This document shows positions 8,772 to 17,317 of a DNA stretch of 36,357 nucleotides, piece by piece. This DNA comes from Bacteroidia bacterium (GTDB lineage Bacteria > Bacteroidota > Bacteroidia > Bacteroidales > VadinHA17). Under the pieces are notes generated by a model. That model did not search any database. It saw nothing but the letters and a program-made list of their open reading frames with translations, and was not told the DNA's origin. Position 1 is the stretch's first letter; each line of letters opens with the position of its first letter. Location of the stretch: positions 1-36,357 of the forward strand of contig JAPLDX010000053.1 in assembly GCA_026391215.1 (NCBI GenBank), read 5' to 3'. The position numbers were made by a program, and so were the translations under genes.

Positions 8772-10001
8772 ATGGCAACAACTAAAAAGCAGAATAACAT
8801 GGTAAACGTGAAAAAAACGAAAGGGACAATTGCTATCCTAACTGGTGGTGGAGACGTGCCGGGGCTAAATCCCGCAATACGCGCAGTGACTATTCGTGCA
8901 AACCGGGAAGGATACCAGGTGATTGGACTTAGAAGAGGATGGGCAGGCATTACGGAGCTGATAAGAGATCACAAATATGACAACAGCAATAATTTCATGC
9001 CACTCACCGACGACCTGGTTAACAAATCAGGCCGTACAGGAGGTACTTTCCTTCATACTTCAAGGACAAGACCCAGCCACATGTCAAAAACAAGTGTTCC
9101 GGAACATCTTCAGGGAACCTATAATGAAGAAACGAACGATTTGACACCGGAAATAATAAAAAACCTCGAATGGCTTGGTGTTGATTATCTCGTACCGATA
9201 GGTGGAGACGATACGCTCAGCTATGGGGTTCACCTGTACAAAAAAGGAGTTAAAGTCGTTGCTATTCCCAAGACAATGGACAATGATGTTCCGGGTACAG
9301 ATTATTGCATAGGATTCAGCACCTGCGTCACCAGAACTATCCAGATGACGAACAGCCTGAGAACATCCGCAGGCTCCCATGAGAGATTTCTGGTTCTCGA
9401 AGTATTCGGACGATATGCCGGATTCACGGCAATGCTACCCACATTGGCAGGTTCTGCCAATAGATGTGTTATCCCTGAATATAAATTTGATATTGAGCAA
9501 CTTGCCAGATTACTGGTTGAAGACAGAAACCATAATCCAAGCAAATATTCCATAGTTCTTATTTCGGAAGGAGCAATGTTCAAAGGAGGCGAGATGATAT
9601 TTGCTGACGGCGAACGGGATGCCTATGGACATGCCAAGCTGGGAGGGATAGGCGATATTGTTTCCGCTAAGCTCAAGGAGCTGTCACCTAAATTCAACCA
9701 TGGGAAAACCATAAATGTTATTAACCAGAAACTTGGATATATGGTCCGTGGCGGCGATCCTGATTTTCTTGATTCAGTTGTACCCATGGCCTATGGCAAC
9801 CTCGCCCTTGATCTGATCCTCAAAGGTATTCATGGAAGAATTGTTGTTTTGAAAAACGGACGATATGATAATGTCCCGATTGATGTTGTAACATCATCCA
9901 AAAAAATAGTGAAGCTATCGGATTATAATACTGAAAGGCTAAGACCTGTTTTTCACAGCTTCGAAATGAAACCATTCCTTCTGATGGCTTCAGATAATTG
10001 A
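8772..10001 (+). CDS. pfkA: Phosphofructokinase (PfkA family) with PPi-type signature residues
   Basis: LTGGGDVPGLN, GGTFLHTSR, IGGDDT, IPKTMDND, EVFGRYAG and LGYMVRGG motifs. Confidence 0.93.
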   Translation: MATTKKQNNMVNVKKTKGTIAILTGGGDVPGLNPAIRAVTIRANREGYQVIGLRRGWAGITELIRDHKYDNSNNFMPLTDDLVNKSGRTGGTFLHTSRTRPSHMSKTSVPEHLQGTYNEETNDLTPEIIKNLEWLGVDYLVPIGGDDTLSYGVHLYKKGVKVVAIPKTMDNDVPGTDYCIGFSTCVTRTIQMTNSLRTSAGSHERFLVLEVFGRYAGFTAMLPTLAGSANRCVIPEYKFDIEQLARLLVEDRNHNPSKYSIVLISEGAMFKGGEMIFADGERDAYGHAKLGGIGDIVSAKLKELSPKFNHGKTINVINQKLGYMVRGGDPDFLDSVVPMAYGNLALDLILKGIHGRIVVLKNGRYDNVPIDVVTSSKKIVKLSDYNTERLRPVFHSFEMKPFLLMASDN

Positions 10002-10002
10002 T

Positions 10003-10929
10003 TTGAAACAAGGTATTGTCATAAAATCTACCGGCAGCAGGTATCGGGTTCTGTATGGTGAAGCAGAAATTGTTGAATGCAGCATTAAAGGAAAGTTCAG
10101 GGTAAAGGGAATCCGTACGACAAATCCTGTAGCTGTGGGCGACAATGTTCTTTTTGAATTTGAAACCAGCAGGGGCCCGGGCATAATTACAGAAGTCCTT
10201 GAGCGCAGAAATTATATCCTCAGAAAATCATCAAACCTGTCAAAAGAAACGCAGATAATTGCTGCAAACATTGATCAGGCGTTCCTGATGATTACTATTA
10301 TTCTTCCTGAAACTCCGATCGAATTTATTGACAGGTTTCTTATTACTGCGGAGGCTTACCGTATCCCGGCAAGCATTATTATCAATAAAACAGATATTTA
10401 TGGTCCTGATGAAAAGGCAAGAATGGAATATCTTATATCAGTTTATGAAAAAGTCGGTTACCGGTGTTTCCCTCTTTCCGTGAACAGCAATACCGGAACA
10501 GACATCCTCAGGGATGCAATGAAGGACAAAATAAACCTTCTTGCCGGCAATTCCGGAGTTGGAAAGACCTCGCTGCTGAACAAGTTTGATCCGTTACTAG
10601 ATCTGAAAACAGAAAAGATATCTGAGTACCACAGGCAGGGTAAGCATGTGACAACATTTCCCGAAATGCACAAAATGCCGTTCGGGGGATTTGTGATCGA
10701 TTCCCCGGGTATAAGAGGATTCGGAGTAGTGGATATGGAAAAGAATGAGATATACCATTTCTTCCCTGAAATATTCAGAATATCAAAAAATTGCAGGTTT
10801 TACAATTGCCTTCATCTTGAGGAACCCGGATGTGCTGTCAGAGAAGCTGTGAAAAACGGTATAATTGATCAGCTGCGTTACAGAAGCTATGTCAATATCC
10901 TTGATGATGACAATCGTAAATACCGCTGA
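10003..10929 (+). CDS. rsgA: Ribosome small subunit-dependent GTPase A
   Basis: OB-fold (VAVGDNV), circularly permuted GTPase (NKTD, GNSGVGKT, GKHVTT, DSPG), Zn finger CRFYNCLHLEEPGC. TTG start. Confidence 0.97.
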   Translation: MKQGIVIKSTGSRYRVLYGEAEIVECSIKGKFRVKGIRTTNPVAVGDNVLFEFETSRGPGIITEVLERRNYILRKSSNLSKETQIIAANIDQAFLMITIILPETPIEFIDRFLITAEAYRIPASIIINKTDIYGPDEKARMEYLISVYEKVGYRCFPLSVNSNTGTDILRDAMKDKINLLAGNSGVGKTSLLNKFDPLLDLKTEKISEYHRQGKHVTTFPEMHKMPFGGFVIDSPGIRGFGVVDMEKNEIYHFFPEIFRISKNCRFYNCLHLEEPGCAVREAVKNGIIDQLRYRSYVNILDDDNRKYR

Positions 10930-10990
10930 TATTATTATTTAATTTTATGCATTATCTTTATACTAATTAGCAGCTAAAAAGTTTTGCCTG

Positions 10991-13804
10991 ATGAAGCGGA
11001 TACTGATAATAGTCTATTCGGCATTTTTATTAATAATGGTTGCTAATTTCTTTTATTATAGAAACCTGTACAATAAACAGATACAATATATAGTTGCATT
11101 GCTTGACCGTCAGGTTCAGATAGTAGGCCTTTCTGTTGACAACACAAATAATGACTTCTTAAGCGATCTTACCGAAATAAGCTATTCAGAAGATCTTGCC
11201 ATGTTCTTCAGAAATATGGATAACCACGAGAGAGCAATTGACAAGATGAAATTATTCTACTCGAAATATGAAAATTTCGTTACCGGCATTAAGTTGTTTG
11301 ATAATAGAAGGAATGAATTTACTTTAAAAAAAGATGAGTTAATATGGCTTCCCCAGGATTACATTCTTCATGTGCAGGGAGAAATTTTTCATCAGGAAAG
11401 GATGGTCATTGAAGACAATAAATATGAATATTTCCTACCGGTATTTGAAAATAGCATTGTTGTTGGCAATATTGCCGTTTCTGTTGATTATAAAAAATAT
11501 TTCGATGAAATTTTCTCTGTCTTTAATCTTAAGGATTACCAGTGGCAATGGGTTGTAAGTGATTCAGGGGAAATAGTTTATGATAATGCCACCAGGAAAA
11601 CCGATTATTCACAGCTAAATACAATTACTACTGCTCTTAATGAAGGATCGGTTGAGAATATTGTTCACCGGGCAACCATTGAAAACAAGACGACTGAAAT
11701 ACTATCTTCTTATTATTCAACACAGCTTCTGGGTAGGGATCTTGGAGTTGTTTTTTCAGCGCCGACAAATTACTTCCAGAAATATATTATCAGAAATTCC
11801 ATTTTCATTGTTGTCGCAACACTCCTCCTCATACAGGGTATAATTTTCGTTTTCTGGAGACGGATCAAATCACAGAAATCTGAATCAAAACGCCTTGAGG
11901 AATCTGAAAAAATGCTCTTTAAGCTTATTGAAGAGATGCCTGTAGGTGTCATAATACATAACAAGGACAGGGAGATAATCAAAGCAAATAAAGTTGCTGC
12001 GACACAATATTCATATCCCAGTGAAGAAGAGATGAAAGGCAAGTTGTTCCCTGAGACCTCAACCTCAGAAGTAAGTGAGTATTTTGCAAAAAACCTTGCC
12101 GGCACCTTCAATCCCGATCAGTTTGTGATCATTAAGAAAGAAATAGGCGAGATAGTACTCTACAGAAACAACATACTTGTCGTTTTTATGGGAGAAGAGG
12201 CAAATATGGAAATACTGATAGATGTGACCATGCTTGAGTCTGCAAGAAAGCAGGAGGCTAAGGCAAATGTTGCAAAATCAGAATTCCTTGCCAGAATGAG
12301 TTATGAGATCAGGACTCCGCTGAATGGCATCATAGGAATGACAGATGTTTTAAATAAATATGAACAGACAGCCGAGGTAAAGGAAATTGTTTCAATCTTG
12401 CGAAAATCAACAGAGATCCTTCTTAATATTATTAACGATATACTTGATTTTTCAAAGATTGAAACAGGGAAAATGATCCTGGATGAAATCCCATTTGATC
12501 TGAGGGAAGAGATGAGCTATTGTGCTGACCTTGCCAGGACCTATATTGCTGATAAAGAATTAAGATTTTCATATTCTGTCGATGAAAATGTTCCGGAAAG
12601 CATTATTGCAGATCCGTTCAGGCTAAGGCAGATACTGACCAACATTATCTATCATTCTGTACGTTCTACAGAAAAGGGAGAGATACGGCTGAACTGCAGG
12701 CTTCAAAGCAATAAAAGCGGAATTGTAACCCTGGGATTCGAATTGACAGACACCGGGATGAATTTCGATAAAGCCAGTCTAAAAAAGATTTTCGGGGACT
12801 TTATAAATATTGAATCAAAGGTAAAAAGCAGTGATGAATCTGGTTTTGGGACCATTCTTGCACGTCAGCTTATTGAAATGATGGGCGGCGAGATTAATGC
12901 CGAAAGCCCTTCAGGGATATCAGGCAACAAAGGGACTAAAATCAGGTTTTCAGTAACAGCATATTCCAACGATCGTACTGTAAAGAACCTTAACCAGGAA
13001 AATATCAGATCATTTGATAAAATAAGAACACTAGTCATAACAGGATCCCAGAACAGGGATGAGGAGATTCTTGGCTCGCTTCACAAGCTTGGACTAAATG
13101 TTTCAGTGACAACCTTCCAGAAACAGACTGTAAACCAGGTTAAAATGAATCTGAATTCAACAGGCGAAAAGTATAAGCTTGTAATAATACTTGACGATGA
13201 AGAATTCAATGGATTTGATACTGCCAGGACAATATGGGAGAATAATCTTTCAGGCAATATCATATTAATGATGATCAGTTCCAACGACATGAAGGGAAAT
13301 TACATGAAATGCATTACCATGGGAGTTGATCATTACCTTGTTAAACCATACAATGTGACCGAACTGGCTGCCATGCTCCAGGATAGCTTCCCGTATGTAG
13401 AATCCGGTTCAGCGTCAGTCGATATAAGCGATATTAAGAGCGACATAAAAATACTGGTTGTTGAGGATAACAAGATGAATCAGATAGTAATCGGCACAAT
13501 GCTGAAAACACTTGGATATTCATGTGATATGGCTGAAGATGGAGTTGCAGGATACATCAAGGCTAATGAAAAACATTACGATCTTATTTTCATGGATCTC
13601 ATTATGCCTGAAATGAATGGCTACGATTCTGCCAGGAAAATACTTGCTAGCGATAAAACAACTCTCATTGCGGCATTTACTGCCGACAATATGCCTGACG
13701 CCAAAAGAAAAGCCGAATTATCAGGGATTAAGGAATTTATTGCCAAACCCGTAAGAATTGAAGAACTGAAAAAAATCTTTGCAAAACACTTTAAGAAGAG
13801 CTGA
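10991..13804 (+). CDS. Membrane-bound hybrid sensor kinase/response regulator-like protein with degenerate kinase core
   Basis: Two TM segments flanking a periplasmic domain, PAS-like segment (IEEMPVGVIIH), HisKA-like FLARMSYEIRTPLNGIIG, HATPase-like domain, degenerate receiver, intact C-terminal receiver (VEDN, FMDLIMP, KP). Confidence 0.88.
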   Translation: MKRILIIVYSAFLLIMVANFFYYRNLYNKQIQYIVALLDRQVQIVGLSVDNTNNDFLSDLTEISYSEDLAMFFRNMDNHERAIDKMKLFYSKYENFVTGIKLFDNRRNEFTLKKDELIWLPQDYILHVQGEIFHQERMVIEDNKYEYFLPVFENSIVVGNIAVSVDYKKYFDEIFSVFNLKDYQWQWVVSDSGEIVYDNATRKTDYSQLNTITTALNEGSVENIVHRATIENKTTEILSSYYSTQLLGRDLGVVFSAPTNYFQKYIIRNSIFIVVATLLLIQGIIFVFWRRIKSQKSESKRLEESEKMLFKLIEEMPVGVIIHNKDREIIKANKVAATQYSYPSEEEMKGKLFPETSTSEVSEYFAKNLAGTFNPDQFVIIKKEIGEIVLYRNNILVVFMGEEANMEILIDVTMLESARKQEAKANVAKSEFLARMSYEIRTPLNGIIGMTDVLNKYEQTAEVKEIVSILRKSTEILLNIINDILDFSKIETGKMILDEIPFDLREEMSYCADLARTYIADKELRFSYSVDENVPESIIADPFRLRQILTNIIYHSVRSTEKGEIRLNCRLQSNKSGIVTLGFELTDTGMNFDKASLKKIFGDFINIESKVKSSDESGFGTILARQLIEMMGGEINAESPSGISGNKGTKIRFSVTAYSNDRTVKNLNQENIRSFDKIRTLVITGSQNRDEEILGSLHKLGLNVSVTTFQKQTVNQVKMNLNSTGEKYKLVIILDDEEFNGFDTARTIWENNLSGNIILMMISSNDMKGNYMKCITMGVDHYLVKPYNVTELAAMLQDSFPYVESGSASVDISDIKSDIKILVVEDNKMNQIVIGTMLKTLGYSCDMAEDGVAGYIKANEKHYDLIFMDLIMPEMNGYDSARKILASDKTTLIAAFTADNMPDAKRKAELSGIKEFIAKPVRIEELKKIFAKHFKKS

Positions 13805-13844
13805 ACAATCAGCTGCAGTGAGTGTCAACTAACCGGCTTCGTTT

Positions 13845-14888
13845 ATGATATTTCCGGTACTGAAAAAAACAGATATCTGCAAATTTCTTGAGCTGGCAGA
13901 AAATATCCCTGTAATAGATGTCAGGTCTCCTTCAGAGTTCAGCTACGGGCATATTCCGGGTGCATATAATATTCCTCTGTTTAACGACAGGGAACGCGAA
14001 ACCGTCGGCGTAATATATAAAAAGGAGGGACGCAGCAAGGCTGTAATGAAGGGAATTGAGCTGACGGGTCCGGCGATGCATCTGAAGCTTAAAGAAGCCA
14101 TTGACATTGCAAAAAACGGGAAACTGCTGGTGCACTGCTGGAGAGGAGGGATGAGATCAGAAGCAATGGCATGGCTGTTTTCACTTGGCGATATTGAAAC
14201 AGAAGTTCTCGAAAAAGGATATAAGGCATTTCGCAATCATATACTGACAACCCTGGCCGAAAAACGCAAAGTCATGATCCTTGGAGGAATGACGGGCAGC
14301 AGTAAAACAAAAATTCTCAATCATCTGGAGAACCTTGGCCAGCAGGTAATTGATCTTGAACGACTTGCAAATCATAAGGGATCAGCATTCGGAGCCCTGG
14401 GACAACCACCTCAGCCATCTTCAGAACATTTTGCAAACCTTCTTTTCAATGAATGGAAAAAGATCAACTGCGATCTGCCTGTATGGCTTGAAGATGAAAG
14501 CCGCAATATCGGGACTGTCTTTATGCCGGATGTTTTTTATAATAATATGCAGGAGTACCATTCGATAATTCTGTTAATGGAAATAAGAAAAAGACTTCCC
14601 CGGCTTATCGAGGAGTATTCAGCATATCCTCCGGAGATGCTCAAGGGATCCATTCTGAAGATAAGCAAAAGGATGGGAGGTGATAATGCCAGGGATGCCC
14701 TGAATGCCATCGATAACGGTGATTTAGAAAAGGCTATTGAAATCACTCTTAAATATTATGACAAGACATATATGTACGGAATCAGACGAAAGCCGGCCAG
14801 GAATCTAATTTTCATTGAAACAGACAGTGATGATATAGATTATAATGCAAAGAAAGTACTTGAAGCTGCAAATAAGATAACCTGTTAA
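13845..14888 (+). CDS. mnmH: tRNA 2-selenouridine(34) synthase MnmH/SelU
   Basis: Rhodanese domain (IDVRSPSEF..GHIPGA, HCWRGGMRS), P-loop GGMTGSSKT, IDLERLANHKGSAFG, EDESRNIG, YYDKTY. Confidence 0.94.
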   Translation: MIFPVLKKTDICKFLELAENIPVIDVRSPSEFSYGHIPGAYNIPLFNDRERETVGVIYKKEGRSKAVMKGIELTGPAMHLKLKEAIDIAKNGKLLVHCWRGGMRSEAMAWLFSLGDIETEVLEKGYKAFRNHILTTLAEKRKVMILGGMTGSSKTKILNHLENLGQQVIDLERLANHKGSAFGALGQPPQPSSEHFANLLFNEWKKINCDLPVWLEDESRNIGTVFMPDVFYNNMQEYHSIILLMEIRKRLPRLIEEYSAYPPEMLKGSILKISKRMGGDNARDALNAIDNGDLEKAIEITLKYYDKTYMYGIRRKPARNLIFIETDSDDIDYNAKKVLEAANKITC

Positions 14889-14894
14889 TACGGT

Positions 14895-16154
14895 TTATTC
14901 AGGTTTTTTAAGATCCTCAGCATTCACCCACCTATAAATTTTATCAGATCTCCTGAGATAATCAGGGATACTTATTGAACAATACTCTCCTTGTTTCGCT
15001 TTTTCAGTCTCTTTAAGATCAACCCGTATTTCACTCACCGTATATTCAATAACCCCTGTCGTTGGCCCGATAATCAGAATAGCATCTCCTTTGCTCAAAT
15101 CCCCGTTCTCAACTTTTATCTCAGCCACATTAAGCTTTGTGAAATAATTGGTCACTTTGCCAAGATAGACCTTTCTTTTTGTGGCAGATGATCCATATCC
15201 GGTATTCCATTCTCCAAGCTTCTGCCCCAGATAATAGCCATCCCAGAAGCCCCTGTTAAACACCGAGGAGAGCCTCTCTTTCCATACATTAATTTTTTCA
15301 GAGGTATATGTTCCGTCAATTACAGCTTTAACAGCTTCATCATAGCAAGAGGAAACCACCTTTACGTATTCAGCAGAGCGGGCCCTTCCTTCAATCTTGA
15401 ATACAGTCACCCCTGCATCCAGAATCCTGTCAATGAACCCGATTGTACAGAGATCCTTTGGAGACATTATATATTCATTATCTATTTCAAGCTGATAACC
15501 GGATTCCTTTTCTGATACGATATACGATTTGCGGCATGTCTGGTAACAGTTACCACGGTTGGCAGAGGCATTATTCTCATGAAGGCTGAGGTAACATTTT
15601 CCTGAGACAGCCATACAAAGGGCACCATGAGCAAACATCTCTATCTTTACCGGTTCCCCCTTTGGACCCCTGATATTCTGTTCCCGGATCAAATTGGATA
15701 TATGCCTGACCTGATCCAGATTCAATTCCCTTGCAAGCACTACAACATCGGCCCATTGCGAATAAAACCTGAGAGCCTCTGCATTCGATATGTTAAGTTG
15801 TGTCGAAATATGTACTTCAATGCCTGATCTGAATGCATAGTTTATTACCGATATATCTGATGCAATTATTGCCGAAATTCCGCTTGAGACAGCAGTATCA
15901 ATTATCTTCTGCATCTGTTCTATTTCAGAATCATATACCACTACATTTACTGTGAGGTAACTTTTTAATCCGTTTGTCAGGCAGATTTCAGCAATATTCC
16001 TCAGGTCGCTAAGAGTAAAGTTGTTTGCTGAACCGGCTCTCATATTGAGCTGTTCAGCACCGAAATAGACAGAATCAGCACCGCCCTGAATTGCAGCTGC
16101 AAGCGATTCATAGGATCCCGCAGGAGCCATTATCTCAATATCCTTCCTGTTCAT
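14895..16154 (-). CDS. Peptidase U32 family protein (TrhP/RlhA-like Fe-S RNA hydroxylation factor)
   Basis: EIMAPAG, GADSVYFG, HISTQ, VVLAREL, EMFAHGALCMAVSGKC, NRGNCYQTCR, MSPKDL, KIEGR, plus C-terminal beta domain. Confidence 0.92.
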   Translation of the reverse strand: MNRKDIEIMAPAGSYESLAAAIQGGADSVYFGAEQLNMRAGSANNFTLSDLRNIAEICLTNGLKSYLTVNVVVYDSEIEQMQKIIDTAVSSGISAIIASDISVINYAFRSGIEVHISTQLNISNAEALRFYSQWADVVVLARELNLDQVRHISNLIREQNIRGPKGEPVKIEMFAHGALCMAVSGKCYLSLHENNASANRGNCYQTCRKSYIVSEKESGYQLEIDNEYIMSPKDLCTIGFIDRILDAGVTVFKIEGRARSAEYVKVVSSCYDEAVKAVIDGTYTSEKINVWKERLSSVFNRGFWDGYYLGQKLGEWNTGYGSSATKRKVYLGKVTNYFTKLNVAEIKVENGDLSKGDAILIIGPTTGVIEYTVSEIRVDLKETEKAKQGEYCSISIPDYLRRSDKIYRWVNAEDLKKPE

Positions 16155-17317
16155 TGCCCCGGCTGTTTATTCATTATTATCCTGATGCATGATCCTTTTT
16201 CAACCTCCGAATGTCTTACATAAATACGGCCATTGTGAAACTCTTCAACTATCCTTTTGGCAAGGGAAAGACCCAGGCCCCAACCTCTCTGCTTTGTTGT
16301 ATATCCGGGATTGAAGATCTTTTTGAAGGCTCTCTTTGGGATCCCTTTTCCTGTATCGGAAATATCAATAAGCACATTCTTTTCCGTTTCTGAAATGCCG
16401 ATCCTTAATTCACCGGCCCCTTCCATTGCATCAATAGCATTCTTGCAGACATTCTCAATGACCCATTCAAAAAGGGCGGCATTGACAGGAACAATAATTG
16501 ATTTTGATTCATCAAAACCTGACAGGAACCTGATCTTGGACGATGTCCTTGATTTTAAATAATCAATTGTACGAGAAGTGATTGCAACTATGTTCTCATC
16601 ATTCAATATGGGTTTTGAACCGATCTTTGAAAATCTTTCAGTTATTTTTTCAAGTCTTTCAACGTCAAGAGCGATCTCTTTAGTTAGCGCCACTTCAGGA
16701 TATTTATTCTGAAGAATTTCAACCCATCCGGCAAGCGAGGATGCAGGCGTTCCAAGCTGATGAGCCGTTTCTCTTGACATGCTGACCCACACCTGGTTGC
16801 TCTCGGCTTTCCTTGATGAGCTGAAAGCAAGATATGCAACAAGGATGAACAGGAAAATGATCCCCATCTGGACAAAGGGATAGTAGTTAAGCTGAGTAAG
16901 AATTATGCTGTCTTTGTAATAGATTAGATTAGCATGATTATACCCCAGATCAATGATTATAGGATTATTTTTCTTTTTAATTTTATCAAGTTGTGCTCTC
17001 AGATATGAGGGATCACGCATCCGGATCTCATCAAAATTTCCGGAACTGATTATGCTGTCTGCCTCATCAGTCAAAATGACCGGTATGGTGGTATTGGTTT
17101 CAATGATTGAATAGATAAAGTCAATGTTCTGGCTGGTATCAGCAAGGGTCAGGAGCCTGGTTGCTTCAGCCCATTGTTCCACCTTCTTCCTTTCTTCTGT
17201 TTTAAGTATCCCCACCAGGTAGCGTGTGTAAACAAGAGATCCGAGACCTGTAAGAATTGCGAACAGGAAAAGGATAAGCATCAATGAGGTCTTATTGCGG
17301 TGACCGTTCAATTTCAT
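16151..17317 (-). CDS. Membrane sensor histidine kinase (orphan)
   Basis: Two TMs, H-box ETAHQLGTP, N-box ENVCKNAIDAM, G1 DTGKG, F IFNPGYTTK, G2 GWGLGLSL. Confidence 0.92.
   Translation of the reverse strand: MKLNGHRNKTSLMLILFLFAILTGLGSLVYTRYLVGILKTEERKKVEQWAEATRLLTLADTSQNIDFIYSIIETNTTIPVILTDEADSIISSGNFDEIRMRDPSYLRAQLDKIKKKNNPIIIDLGYNHANLIYYKDSIILTQLNYYPFVQMGIIFLFILVAYLAFSSSRKAESNQVWVSMSRETAHQLGTPASSLAGWVEILQNKYPEVALTKEIALDVERLEKITERFSKIGSKPILNDENIVAITSRTIDYLKSRTSSKIRFLSGFDESKSIIVPVNAALFEWVIENVCKNAIDAMEGAGELRIGISETEKNVLIDISDTGKGIPKRAFKKIFNPGYTTKQRGWGLGLSLAKRIVEEFHNGRIYVRHSEVEKGSCIRIIMNKQPGQ

Noticed and set aside
13802-13844. Selenocysteine read-through of TGA stops near mnmH (also checked at 5719-5721)
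   Set aside because: The proteins are already complete at the TGA, in-frame stops follow shortly, and no SECIS-like hairpin or Cys-equivalent position is evident.
14895-16154. Collagenase/protease annotation for the U32 protein
   Set aside because: The conserved Cys cluster and lack of a signal peptide fit the Fe-S hydroxylation role now established for many U32 members better.
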